60,185 nt of DNA from Elusimicrobia bacterium UBA4817 (GCA_002402375.1 DHFT01000030.1:1-60185); one strand, 5' to 3'. Shown: positions 28,096-40,000, counted from the first letter of the stretch. Numbers and translations: made by a program. Notes: a model not told the origin generated them from the letters alone.

Positions 28096-29091
28096 ATGAA
28101 ATCAAAAGGGGTGACGCTGACGGAACTTTTAGTGGTTCTCGCTCTACTCGGTTTAATTCTTATTCCGTCGGCGGTTATATTCAAAAAATCATTAGGAGCG
28201 TGGTGGGGCGGAACAACGCAGATTGACCTCCAGCAGGATGCAAGAAACGCAATGTATCTTCTGACAAAAGACATCAAGGGCGCTATGAGATGTTCAATAG
28301 GTGCGGTGAATAAAAATTATTCTTTTGAAGAACCGGCGGGTTACAGCGAAGTGATAAATAACTGGGCGGCATCCGACCCGACGCAGGCAAGAAAATCGGA
28401 CGATATCGTTTCGGGTCTCTGGGCGATGGCATTTACCGTAGCAGGACCCGAAAAGGATTATTGGAGCGACAATTTTAACTTAACCATAAATCAGCCGAAC
28501 AACAATTATATTCTCACTTATTGGATAAAACCGGATGATAAGACGGCAAAAAATCAGAATACATGGGTGAAAGTTCTGGAGGCAGGAACTCAAAATTTGA
28601 GAGGCGGACCGACATTGAAAGGAAACGAGGTCAACGATGCGTGGAACTTCGTCGTAGTTTCTACCGATGTTATCACTCTTGAACCGGGTCCATACTTCAT
28701 AAAAGTAAGAACAACGGGTAATAATGCAATCACAAAATATGATGCGGTATCGCTTGCACTCAAAAAAAATGTTTTGCTGGAAAACGGTTCCGCTGTAAAT
28801 TCAACTGGTCCGTTTTATCTTGAATCAAACGAGGACGGAATTTTTTACAAATACAGATACCGCCTTGATGTAAGCGACCCTACGAATGTAAAACTTATCA
28901 GGGAAAAATCAAATGGGTTCAATTGGCAGGCGGACGGGCTTAATCCCGTCTGTGAAAACATTTACACTCTGACGGTTACCAACATAGACCAGCAGTATTT
29001 TGATATAAATCTGATTGTGAAAAAAGAAACAAAAGACGAAAAAGAACATACATATTCAATGACGACGCGAGTTTACCCGACGGTACCGTAA
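28096..29091 (+). CDS. PilW/GspJ-like minor pilin with CBM4/9-like insert
   Basis: KG|VTLTEL; Q.DAR.AM..L.KDI; NYSFE..W carbohydrate-binding-like module. Confidence 0.75.
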   Translation: MKSKGVTLTELLVVLALLGLILIPSAVIFKKSLGAWWGGTTQIDLQQDARNAMYLLTKDIKGAMRCSIGAVNKNYSFEEPAGYSEVINNWAASDPTQARKSDDIVSGLWAMAFTVAGPEKDYWSDNFNLTINQPNNNYILTYWIKPDDKTAKNQNTWVKVLEAGTQNLRGGPTLKGNEVNDAWNFVVVSTDVITLEPGPYFIKVRTTGNNAITKYDAVSLALKKNVLLENGSAVNSTGPFYLESNEDGIFYKYRYRLDVSDPTNVKLIREKSNGFNWQADGLNPVCENIYTLTVTNIDQQYFDINLIVKKETKDEKEHTYSMTTRVYPTVP

Positions 29092-29150
29092 AAGACCGCG
29101 GAAACACGCGGAACAGAACGCGGAATGACGCAGAAAAATAAAAAATAAAT

Positions 29151-29741
29151 ATGAAAAAACTCAATTGCTTAATTGCTCAATCATTCAATCGCTGTCGTGC
29201 TTACACGCTTGTTGAAATAATGATAGCGATGGTTGTTTTGGTTCTCGGTTTAATTCCGCTTGTAAAACTTATCGGCGATTCGCTGGTCGCCACCAGCGAC
29301 CTCGGTTCCAGAAGCGTCGCCAACGAACTTGCGCAGGATTTGCTGGAAGAGATAAAACAGCGGAAATGGGATGAAAATGCCGGTGCAGACGGATTAACAG
29401 CAGCGGGCGCACTATCAGCAATCGGACTGGACGGCGAAACCGCAACCAACAAAACAACTTTTGACGATATTGATGACTACAATGCACTTCAAGGCGCAAA
29501 CGCTGAAAACCCGCCGAAAGATGCTTCAAATACCGCGATGGCGCAATACAGCAAATTTACAAGAAGTGTTAGGGTAAGATATAAAACATACAATGCTAAC
29601 GGAACTTTTTCTGATTATGGCGGCGGTGCACCTTATACCGATTATAAAGAAATAACCGTTACCGTCAGTTGGACATCAGGCGGCGGAAAAACCAGAGAAG
29701 TTATTCATCAAACAATAATGGCAAATATAGCGAGACGGTAA
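29151..29741 (+). CDS. PilV/GspI-like minor pilin
   Basis: A|YTLVEIMIA; A.ELAQDLLEEIK; KEITVTVSW. Confidence 0.8.
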   Translation: MKKLNCLIAQSFNRCRAYTLVEIMIAMVVLVLGLIPLVKLIGDSLVATSDLGSRSVANELAQDLLEEIKQRKWDENAGADGLTAAGALSAIGLDGETATNKTTFDDIDDYNALQGANAENPPKDASNTAMAQYSKFTRSVRVRYKTYNANGTFSDYGGGAPYTDYKEITVTVSWTSGGGKTREVIHQTIMANIARR

Positions 29742-29753
29742 CGACAATTAAAA

Positions 29754-30911
29754 ATGAAAAATGCAAAATTAAAAATTAAACAACACGGCGTAACTCTCGT
29801 AGAACTAATGGTTGTGGTGGCCCTGATGGCGATAATTTTCATTCCGCTGGTGCAGATTTTCAAGTCATTCACAAACGCATGGTGGGCGGGAAAAGCAAGG
29901 ATGACCGTTCAGGCGGAGGCACGCGACGCTATGTACTGGTTCACAAAAGATATGAAATCTGCTTACAGGCATGGCGTAGGCAATATGATAAGGAACGGCG
30001 GGTTTGACACGCCCGACAGCAGCCCGGCACAAGCACCAACCGGCTGGGATTGGATTCCTGCAAACAGCGGACTGCCGGCCGGCATTGTAAAAATCAGTTC
30101 ACCGTCCACAAGAGGTTTTTGTATCGGGGTTTCAACATGGACTACATTTTCATCAACATTTACATTTCAACTTCAACCGAATGTTGACTACATTCTAACA
30201 GGACAAATAACAAATACCAATGGCTCTCAGGGTAGAATTCAGGTTACAAATCCGGCGGGAACAACGCTCTATGCTTCAACTGACACAAATCATTTATGGG
30301 CGGGTCCGCCTGCATATGGATGGGAAACTGTTACGGCCGACCCGAACACTGCTGTTGCCGGAACAGTTGATGCCGGTAATTCAACATTCAGAGTCCCATC
30401 AGTTGTCAGTTGTATCATACAACTTTCAAATACCGCCGCCGGAACCCCGAGTATTGCTTATTTTGAAAACATCTCCGTCACTCCGAGAATGGCCGTTTTG
30501 GTGGGAACTGCCGATACTACCGCAGGTGAATGGCAGGTCCCGACCGGTGCCGGGTATCCTTTCGTCTCCGAAATGCAAACGGAAACCGGTTACACAAAAT
30601 ATCTCGCGAGATACAAAATAGAGGTTACCTTCGATTCGGCAAATGTATTAAGAAACCGTATCTGGCGGCAGAAAGCAACATCGGATATGGCGTCTTTTAC
30701 AAACGACAGCGACTGGGAGTCAATTGATTACAATCACATTGCGGAATATTGCGACGAACTGAAAATCGGCTATGATGTATCCAACGCACTTTTGGCGCAA
30801 AACGGAACGGATACGGGAATAAGTATGGAATTAGTGTTTAGAAGGGCGGCGGCAGGGTCTGTTATGCATCCGTATAGTATGAAAACATACATATATCCGC
30901 AATCGCCGTAA
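29754..30911 (+). CDS. Second PilW-like minor pilin with CBM4/9-like insert
   Basis: G|VTLVEL; paralogous to 28096 at both ends; IRNGGFD..GW, FENISV. Confidence 0.75.
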   Translation: MKNAKLKIKQHGVTLVELMVVVALMAIIFIPLVQIFKSFTNAWWAGKARMTVQAEARDAMYWFTKDMKSAYRHGVGNMIRNGGFDTPDSSPAQAPTGWDWIPANSGLPAGIVKISSPSTRGFCIGVSTWTTFSSTFTFQLQPNVDYILTGQITNTNGSQGRIQVTNPAGTTLYASTDTNHLWAGPPAYGWETVTADPNTAVAGTVDAGNSTFRVPSVVSCIIQLSNTAAGTPSIAYFENISVTPRMAVLVGTADTTAGEWQVPTGAGYPFVSEMQTETGYTKYLARYKIEVTFDSANVLRNRIWRQKATSDMASFTNDSDWESIDYNHIAEYCDELKIGYDVSNALLAQNGTDTGISMELVFRRAAAGSVMHPYSMKTYIYPQSP

Positions 30912-30965
30912 AAAGCAATTAAAAATTGAAAATTAAATAATGGGGACGGAGGTAATTAAATTGTT

Positions 30966-31475
30966 ATGAAAAATCAAAAATTATTCGCTATTCGGGGTTT
31001 CACGCTTATTGAATTGATGATAGTCGTTGCAATCATCGGGCTTTTAACTGCTGTGATTGTTCCGAAATTTGCAAGCATGAAACAAAAAGCGGCGGAAGGT
31101 GCAACCCGCGGGGCATTGGGAACAATCCGCTCAAATGTTGAGGTCTACAGAGGAGAAAATATGAATAATCAGCCGGTTTTTCTTTCTGCAGTAGCAGCGC
31201 TTGATAACTTTTCGCCTAATATCCATGCCGATGTACTAAATTTCTGGAAAGGTGATGATACACAATTCCCGCAAAATGAATCGGTAGAGCCGAAATCGCG
31301 GGATTTATATAATTACAGCGCCGCAGGAGCATTTATTGATGACAATGTCGGCACGAAGATTCTGTCAATTGCAGCCGCAAACAGAAAGGGCTGGCTTTAC
31401 AGGAACAACGACGGCAGTGTTTTTATAAATTCAGTTCTTCCCGATACTCACGGAGAACCTTTTTCAGTTTGGTAA
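30966..31475 (+). CDS. Type IV pilin paralog
   Basis: RG|FTLIEL; EGATRGALG..RS; ends in W like pilins at 5744 and 7444. Confidence 0.85.
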   Translation: MKNQKLFAIRGFTLIELMIVVAIIGLLTAVIVPKFASMKQKAAEGATRGALGTIRSNVEVYRGENMNNQPVFLSAVAALDNFSPNIHADVLNFWKGDDTQFPQNESVEPKSRDLYNYSAAGAFIDDNVGTKILSIAAANRKGWLYRNNDGSVFINSVLPDTHGEPFSVW

Positions 31476-31490
31476 CGGAGGTAATTAAAA

Positions 31491-31811
31491 ATGCAAGTTA
31501 AAGGTAAAAGGTTAAAAGTTAAAATGAAAAATAAAAAAGGTTCGGCGTTGGTTTTCGTGATGGTTGCGCTGCTATTTTTAGCGGGTGTAGGACTTACCTT
31601 CGTGTTCTGGCTTTCGTCAGAATCCAGACAGGCGGGAAGAAGACAGGCGGTAACAAGGGATTATTATGTCGCAGAAGCGGGAACTGAAAAAGCGATACTT
31701 GATATAAAAAGCGGCGGATATATCTGGACAAAAGGCTTTACATATACATCAAGTTATATACTTAATGGTGAACAAGTTGAAGTTAAAATTACTAATGTAG
31801 GGGAAGAATAA
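31491..31811 (+). CDS. PilX/GspK-like minor pilin, C-terminally short
   Basis: KKG|SALV without Glu5; YYVAEAG.E.A helix; ends after GEQVEVKIT. Confidence 0.75.
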   Translation: MQVKGKRLKVKMKNKKGSALVFVMVALLFLAGVGLTFVFWLSSESRQAGRRQAVTRDYYVAEAGTEKAILDIKSGGYIWTKGFTYTSSYILNGEQVEVKITNVGEE

Positions 31812-31850
31812 TAAAAGGGGTAGGTTAAAGGTTAAAGGTTAAAATTAAAA

Positions 31851-32639
31851 ATGAAAAAAAATTTAATTCCAGTTGGAATTGGTGTTATTGTTTTAGTCGC
31901 AGTTTGGCTTCTTTCAAGACCGAAACTTGATGAAGCGGATGCATTCAGGATTTTGGAAACTGCGCGGGCGAACTACGGACGCGAGAATCTCGGCGGGGCA
32001 CTGGAGGATTTCCGTCTTTTATTAAAAAAATATCCGTCTTCAAAATTCGCGGAGGAATCGCAGAGATTTGTAATTTATATCTATGAAAAAAGGCAGGACC
32101 ATGTTGCGGCACTCGGCGAATACAGAAAATACCTGAAAAAATTCAGGAACACGCCGTTCACCGCCGAGTTCTCCTACAAAACCGGATTTGTGCTTTACAA
32201 GTTTCTGTCAAAATCTAATCCTGCGCGAATTGCCCTGATGCGGGTAATAAAGGAATATCCGGAAAGCGAATATGCCTTAAAATCAAAAGAATTGTTGGCG
32301 GAAATTTTTAAGGCGACGGGAAAAGAGGAAGAAACGGTTAAACTTATGGAAACATTTTCCACAGCAGGCGGAAAAAATAGCATCGGCTTGAACATCTCGC
32401 AAATGGAAGCGTTCTGGCGGCTCGGAAAACACGGCGAAGCATATAATTTTGCGAAACAAATTCCAAAGAAAAGTCCTCAAATAAAGGAAAGCACTATTTA
32501 CTGGCAACTTCTGGTAAAGTTTGAACCGGGTAAAGAAAATTATTTAGGGCTGTCAAACGCATACCAACGGCTGGGATTTCCCGAACAGGCGAAAATTTAC
32601 AGAACAAAAGCGGAAACATTCGGAAAAAAAAAGAAATAG
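31851..32639 (+). CDS. Membrane-anchored BamD/YbgF-like TPR protein
   Basis: N-terminal TM; KYPSSKFA, EYPESEYA repeats. Confidence 0.7.
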   Translation: MKKNLIPVGIGVIVLVAVWLLSRPKLDEADAFRILETARANYGRENLGGALEDFRLLLKKYPSSKFAEESQRFVIYIYEKRQDHVAALGEYRKYLKKFRNTPFTAEFSYKTGFVLYKFLSKSNPARIALMRVIKEYPESEYALKSKELLAEIFKATGKEEETVKLMETFSTAGGKNSIGLNISQMEAFWRLGKHGEAYNFAKQIPKKSPQIKESTIYWQLLVKFEPGKENYLGLSNAYQRLGFPEQAKIYRTKAETFGKKKK

Positions 32640-32739
32640 CCACAGAGTCACAAAGCCACAGAAATAAACACAGAGAAAAAATAGAACTTAAAAACTCCGT
32701 GCTCTCCGTGCTCTCCGTGCTCTCCGTGTCTCCGTGGCA
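32640..32739. repeat. CCACAGAG...(CTCCGTGCT)3..CTCCGTGG inverted/tandem element
   Basis: 9-mer tandem array; related half copy at 18-36. Confidence 0.75.
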
Positions 32740-32752
32740 AAATTAAAACAAA

Positions 32753-33205
32753 GTGAAAAAAAAGTTTTTACTAATTCCTGTAATTTTTATTTTTATCGGC
32801 GGATTTTTTTTATATAAAAACTCATCCGAACAAAAATCTATTAAATACCTTGAGAAAGGCAACAAATTCCTCAAAAGCAAAAAATACATTGAGGCGATTT
32901 TAGAATATCAGAAAGCAATCCCGCTTAAACCGTCAAAAAAAATTTCCGCGGAACTTCATTATAATATCGCTACAAGTTGCCTTGCGTTAGCACAATACTC
33001 ATCGGCAATAACGGAGTATAAAAAGGTTGTATCGGAATACAAAGAAAGCCCTTTCGCCGAGGACGCACAGTTCATTACCGCTATGATTTTTGACGAGCGG
33101 CTTGGCAACAAAAAACGGGCGAAACAGGAGTTTAAGTTTTACCTTGACAGTTTTCCGAAAGCGAAATACTCCTTTGAGGCAAAAAGAAAACTTTTGGAAA
33201 AGTAA
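32753..33205 (+). CDS. Membrane-anchored TPR protein
   Basis: N-terminal TM, TPR helices, FPKAKY. Confidence 0.7.
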   Translation: MKKKFLLIPVIFIFIGGFFLYKNSSEQKSIKYLEKGNKFLKSKKYIEAILEYQKAIPLKPSKKISAELHYNIATSCLALAQYSSAITEYKKVVSEYKESPFAEDAQFITAMIFDERLGNKKRAKQEFKFYLDSFPKAKYSFEAKRKLLEK

Positions 33206-33213
33206 AATAACAC

Positions 33214-33242
33214 TTGACAAAATGCGCGTTTTATGTTATACT
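33214..33242 (+). promoter_or_regulatory. Internal sigma70 promoter
   Basis: TTGACA-17bp-TATACT with TGn. Confidence 0.8.
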
Positions 33243-33262
33243 AAAATTGGATAAAGAAATAT

Positions 33263-33526
33263 ATGAAAAAAAATGGTTTAGAAAAGAAATTAGTGAAGTT
33301 TACCGAGGAAGTTAAAAAAAATTTAAAAGAAGAAAAAGAAATTAAAAGCAATATGCTGCTATGGTTGAAAACTCACGATACCATATTGGCTGATATGAGA
33401 GTATTATTGAGAGAACAGGAAAAATTGGGGAAAGAACTGGCAAGACAATGGCAAGAACATGAGAAATGGCTCAAAGACCATAATGTAAGATTGGGCTTAC
33501 ACTGGGAAGAAATCCGGCATAAATGA
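33263..33526 (+). CDS. Hypothetical coiled-coil protein
   Basis: ORF after promoter; ATGA-like overlap with the next gene. Confidence 0.55.
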   Translation: MKKNGLEKKLVKFTEEVKKNLKEEKEIKSNMLLWLKTHDTILADMRVLLREQEKLGKELARQWQEHEKWLKDHNVRLGLHWEEIRHK

Positions 33527-33882
33527 AAAAAATATTACTAATTACAGGATGTTTCGTCTTCTTTTTCGCCTTAACCGGAAGGTGCGAGGCATCTTTTGTT
33601 TCGGATGAAATTTTGCAAACAGCACAAATCACAGAGCAGAATCAACTTGCAGTTTCCGATATTCTCAAAAAAGCGACCTCCGACAAAGCGACAATTTCGC
33701 AGACGCCTTTAAGAGTTGAAAATCTTTCAACACCAAAGACATTAACTATAAAAAATACATTTTTGGGCAGGGACCTCGGGGAACCGGTAAATTATGCACT
33801 GAAAGTGCAATGCCTGAGGGCAACGGATTTCACGCTCGTCTTCTGCCCGTGTCATCATTATATATCAGAGTTGCGGCTATAA
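33523..33882 (+). CDS. Small exported hypothetical protein (possible leader)
   Basis: Sec signal peptide ending CEA; C-terminus CPCHHYISELRL. Confidence 0.55.
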   Translation: MKKILLITGCFVFFFALTGRCEASFVSDEILQTAQITEQNQLAVSDILKKATSDKATISQTPLRVENLSTPKTLTIKNTFLGRDLGEPVNYALKVQCLRATDFTLVFCPCHHYISELRL

Positions 33883-33893
33883 TTTTTTAGAAG

Positions 33894-33976
33894 AAGCAGA
33901 TTTTTTGCGGTTGCTTGTTTTGTATGACATTTGTCATACATTTCCGACGAAGCACCTGCATGAAACCTGTTTTTTT
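33894..33976 (+). terminator. Long hairpin plus T-tract upstream of the giant gene
   Basis: TGCGGTTGCTT/AAGCACCTGCA outer stem, TGTATGACA-TT-TGTCATACA core, T7. Confidence 0.55.
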
Positions 33977-34078
33977 ATTTGATAAAATACCGCGGAAACA
34001 CGCGGAAAGGAACGCGGAACAATACGGAAAGTTCCGATTCGGTTTCGCGTAAAGTTCAGCGGTTGTACGGAGGAATTT

Positions 34079-37000
34079 ATGAAATTATCAAAAAGATTTT
34101 GGCTGGCAGTTTTACTTATCACCTTATCACCTTATCACCTTATCAACCGCCTCTACTCCGCCCCTTGGTGGAATGTGTATTTTACGGCGGGGGATGGAAC
34201 AATAGGAAGCGCAAGCGCATTGGAAACCTATATTAGCGATTTTATGTTGAAAGCCTCGTCTATGTGTTATGTCTCGAACTATTCATGGAGTGATACCGCT
34301 AATAACAAAGTGGTTTTGAATATCAATAGCTTGTATTCTTCAGGTGTAGATGTGAAAATTGTGGGAGATGATGCCCAGGGCGGCACAACAAACGAACCGA
34401 TTCATCCGGATATTACCGGCACAATTCCGATGAATGACCGCACGACGGCAGGTTCATCACAATATATGCACGACAAGGTCATTATAAGGGATCCCAATGA
34501 TTCCGCAAATGCAGCAGTGATGATGGGTTCGGGTAACTTTAATGAAGGTGGTTGGGAAAGTCAGAATAACACTTTTCTTTTTCTTTACAATCAGGCACTT
34601 ACGCTGAATTATCTTGCAGAATTTAATGAGATGTTTAAGGGGACATTTGCCGGCGGAACCCAGACAACCCGCGTATATACAATGCCTAACGGCACGGAAG
34701 TACGAAGTTTTTTCGGTTCCGAAGACCAGCCGTGGGCCGCCACCGCTACAACTGCCAATGGTTTAATTTCTCTTCTTAATGCTTCTACTGAAAGCATCTT
34801 TTTTGAAATAACCGATTTGTATAGTTATTCAGGCATACAGAATCCACTGGAAGCATCCTGTGTTAATCGCGCGGCGGCAGGCGTTATAACGGAAGGCGTC
34901 TACCAAAGTATTGACACCGCATCCACTTATGATTTAACCGACTGGAATGATGCGGCGAACGCGAATGTAAATAATACGGGGCCTTTTATCAGGGAATCAT
35001 CTGTCACCCTTTATACTAAACATCATCATAAATATTTTGTTATTGATATGGATTGGGCAGGAGTCGGCTCGGTGAATGCTTCGCAATCATCTGCTGAAGA
35101 TAATCCTGGGAGTGATGAGAATTTTATTCTTATAAATGATTTTCGGCTCGCCCGTGAATTTATGAAAGAATTCGGAAGAAATTATGCACTAACTACTCCG
35201 GTAGGCGCAGCGGACAATACAAGTGTAATTGAAATTCACGACTGGGTTGCACCTGCCGTACCAACAGTGCTTTCCGTTACGCCGGCAGCGGCATCGTTTG
35301 CCGTTTCATGGACGGCACCAGCAGACCCCGGCAATTTTTCTCGGTATTATATTTTTATATCAACAAACAATACGATTGCAACTGATAAAGAACAAACTAC
35401 CGATGCGCAGGGCGGACATAAAAACTCTATTTTAAGACCTGAAGCACAAGTAAAAGGACTTGCATCAACATCGGCAACCCTTACAACATATAATGAAGGA
35501 GATGCTCTTGCTGCGGCAACGGATTACTACATCGGCGTCGTTTCCGTTGACAAATTCGGCAACGAATCAGCGGCACTCACAGGCGGACCGTATCAACTTT
35601 CAGGCGTCAATAATCCTCCGAACAATCCCGCTTCGCTTCAGCAGTATAAATCGGACGGCACTACCGTAATAGCGGTGGGAGCACAAACAACGGAAACAAC
35701 CGTTGTCCTGAAAGGAACCGTTTCAGACCCGGATCTCAATAATGTAAAACTGCAGGTAGAATTGCGTTCCTCGGAAACGGCATTTTCAAATTCTTACACG
35801 CACGAATCTGCACTTGTGGCAAGCGGCAATACGGCATCTGTAACAATAACCGGACTTGCAAACGGAACAACTTATCACTGGCAGGCGAGAGCGGTTGACT
35901 CAGTCGGTGCGCCAAGCGCTGCCTGGGTTATTTTTAACGGTGTTGACGGCAACCATTTTGTTGTTCAGACGCCGCCGCCATTACCATCCGGCGGGACCAA
36001 TCATATAGTAATAAGCGAAATATTCGTAAAAACTGCTGACGATACTGCTCTGGAATTTATTGAACTCTATAATCCTACTACCTATCAGATAGATTTGTCC
36101 GGTTGGGTAATTGACACGGATGCTGATACTACGGCAGACGCCACAATACCGGCGGGAAAAACAATACCTGCAAACGGATTCTTCCTGATTGCCGACAATG
36201 GTTGGACTGCCACAAAACCGGCTTCATGGCCTATAGCCGACTATGAAACGGAAGAAATCGGACTTAACAACACCGATGCTGGAGTACGTCTGCGTTCAAG
36301 TGCTGCTGGAACTATTATTGATACTTTCGGCTACGGAGTTGCGGCAAGTATCGCCGTCGGTTATGAAGGAACACCGTCGGCAAATGATGCCTCAACATAT
36401 GTCGGTTACGAGAGATATTCACAGTCGGCGCCGCCTCACGACGAACAGGGCGGAAACGGCAAGGATACGAATGTCAATCTTAATGATTTTTTTGTAAAAA
36501 CGACAACCGTTTCCATGAACCCGCAAAGTTCGTTAAGCACGACTGAACCGCAACCGGACACCACCGCCCCGACCAGTGTGGGACTTCTTATACCCGCAAA
36601 TAATTCCGTTGATGTAACAACCACAACGACATTAACAGTAAACACGGCATCAGACCCTTCCGCACCCGTATCATATTATATCCAACTTGCACTTGATACA
36701 GGTTTTACATCTGGAATTCAAACCCGTGATTGGTCAACAAGCACTTCTTGGACGGGTCCTGCCCCGACGCTGGCAAACGGCACAACATATTACTGGCGGG
36801 TGAAGGCAAAAGACAGCCCGGGGAATACATCATCCTATAAAGGACACATACTTGATACCGACGGCGACGGGAAATTCGTGACGGCATCAGCCGTTGTCAA
36901 CAATCCGCCGACGGCGCCGACGGGCGGTTTGCCTGATGATGCGGTCAACTGGACTAACGACCCGACACCGGCATTTACATGGACATTCAACGACCCTGAT

Positions 37001-40000
37001 GCCGGAGACAGCCAGTCGGCATATCAACTTATCGGTTCGGGACCGGGAAGTTATGACAGCGGAAAGGTTTCGTCAACAACTCCTTCACATTTACAACCAT
37101 CGGCACTTGCAGACGGAACATGGAGTTGGCAGGTAATGTGCTGGGATGTAGCGGATTCATCAAGCCCGTGGAGCGCTTCGTGGACGGTAAAAATAGATGT
37201 AGCCGCTCCAATATCAATAGCAGACCTGACAGCATCACTTTCGGGCGGCAGCATACAACTTAACTGGTCTGCGCCGACGGATACATCGGGCGTAAAAAAT
37301 TACAAAATCTGGCGTTCAACAGAATCATTAGGCGCAAATCCAGTATTTTTAGCAACTGATGATGCTACACCGGGCTATATTGATGCCTCACCTATTTACG
37401 GAACAACAAATTACTATATTGTCCGAACAGTTGATAACGCCAGTAATGAAAGTGCGGACTCAAATATCGCATCCTGGTATATCGGGCCTGCGGGACATAT
37501 TGTAATAAGCGAGGTCGCTGTTGGTGTCGGAAGTGCCGGTGAGGAATATGTTGAACTTTACAATCCCACCGACGGCGATATTAACCTGCAAGCCCTACCG
37601 TCAAGCGGCGGGATATTAAAACTTAAAATGACAACTGATTCAACTCCGACTAACGGTATTGAAGCCAAAGATCTCACATGGATAAATACCATCATCCGGG
37701 CGCATGGGTTTTTCCTGTTAGCATCCAGCCCGGCAGTCAACGGTATTTCGGCAGATGCTACTTATGGTGCCGGACTTGTCGGTGCGGACGGCGTCCAGAT
37801 AACAAACGGCATTGATGCAGTAATAGATATGGTCGCATGGGGAACAACGCAGGTAACTCCCGGCGATATACCTAACTGCACCGAGACGCAGCGAATTTCA
37901 GACGCTCTGGATTTATCATCGGGCGATTCCATTGAAAGAAAGGCGAACGCTTCCTCAACAGCAACAACTCTAAAAACCGGCGGAGTGGACGAGCTGGAAG
38001 GAAACGGTTATGACACCGATAACAATTTTAACGATTTCGAAGTCCATACCGGATTTTTAAATCCGCAAAACACCTCTTCGCAGAGAGAACCGGCGATTGC
38101 CAACATCACGCTTACTCCGTATAATGTAAATCCCAGCACGGCAATTGTCACGCAAACATTTACTTATTCCGTACAATATGAAAACCTCGCTTCCGGTGAT
38201 GTCGCACCGAGCGTGGCACGGGTTGTAATTGACGGAAATCCTTTCAATCTGACAAAACAAGTTGGTGACCCTTGGAATAACGGAATTTACACATACTCAA
38301 CAACGCTCTCAACCGGAACGCATACCTATTATTTTGATTTCGCCGACGGAATAGGAAATACCGGAAGGGCGCCTGAAACATCTCCGGATGTTTTCAACGG
38401 ACCCGCAGTGGGACCGGAATTAGAAAGAATTTCCGCTTACAACAATCCGACCTCAAATCCTTTGGATGGCGGCACCACTGTTTCAATCTCACTAACAAAA
38501 TATATTTATGCATATTTATCATCCGGTTCAAACGGATGGTCGGGCTACAACGCGACAATTTATTATACAACATCCACGAGCGGCGGAAGCGCTCCGGGAA
38601 CTTGGCTTTTTACAAAATCAAAAACAATGACGAACGACGGAACAAATCCCAACGGCTATGATGTCTTCTGGGTTGAACTTTCATCGGGTGTTGATTACAG
38701 GGCGGGGGCATATTTTAACTACTACATAGTTGCAAATGATGCAACTGGAACTAATCAGATAATTGACGATGCGGGTGACGGGGTGGATGCTGATCTGCCC
38801 GACGGACAGAAATGGGTTGATAAAGGGGAAAACGCCGCACTTGACAACTGTCATTACTTTAAATTAGGAACTGAGGCGGCGGCAGATGGAATGTATGAAC
38901 CGAAAATTGTTAAAAAAACGGAGCCGTGCATTACATCCGACATAGACAGTTTTATAAATGATTTTTCGTGGATACCCGGCTGGAGATTTATCAACACTGA
39001 AGTTGACGACGGCGGACCTAACAATCTCACATATAATAATGAGGATGTCGGTATAAGCGTCTCGCTTTCACCGGAAGGAATAAAGTCAAACTGCACATTT
39101 TATTACACAACTGACGGTTCTGACCCGGCAATTTCCGGAACAAGACAGCAATTTAACGGAGGCGCAACGCAATCAAACAACAGCAACTGGAACAAAAATA
39201 ACCACGACGGTATTTCAGATATAAGGGCGTTTTTCCCGTCCGATTTGAATGCTGCGGGATGCACTATCTGGATTTATGCCGTCGGACACGACGGTAACGG
39301 CGGCGGACCTTATACGCAGTATTTTAAGTATTATGTCGGCTCAACACCCGGAACGCCGAGCGGCGATAAAGACGATGCCATCGTTTCGGGAAGAGGAAAT
39401 AACGACGGCAGATACCCGACGACTGACTTTAACAATTATTCGCCGTTAAGACATTCGCAGAACGAAATTATTAAAACGGGCAACACAACAAGATACCTGA
39501 CGCCCGGAACAACGGATGAATTTGTGCTCGGTTCAAATTTCCTGACCACTTCGGGACATGACGGAATTACCGATATTTTTTACTCCGACCAGGTGAAATT
39601 TTATTTGAGGAGCGCATATCAGGATATTGATGACATCAACGGCACTATGACTCCGAATGTGAACGAGGCGTATATCGTATGGCTTGCGACAACAACCGAC
39701 TGGGCGACGGCACCATCGGCACGACTGGCATTTGATTCTTTTGGCGACGACAACCAGTCGCCGCATCTTCTGAAATACCACTGGCTGGTCGGAGAAAATA
39801 CCGGTCTTGAGGGCTACGCTTCAAATCCGTCCGATTGCACAAAGGGCGCTCCTGAGGGCTCAACTGTCCGATATGTCTTCAAAGTCAGGGACAATCAATC
39901 AACTGGCGCATTCAAGTGGCTCTATAAAGACCCGACGACAAAAAAGCAGCGGCTAACGGATACCGCATCAACGGCGCAGGCAGCCGGCAGTCAGTTTGAA

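Noticed and set aside
27918-28277. 119-aa and 73-aa ORFs across the repeat region (CHSEERSDEES)
   Set aside because: Typical spurious translations of palindromic repeats, overlapping a real pilin gene
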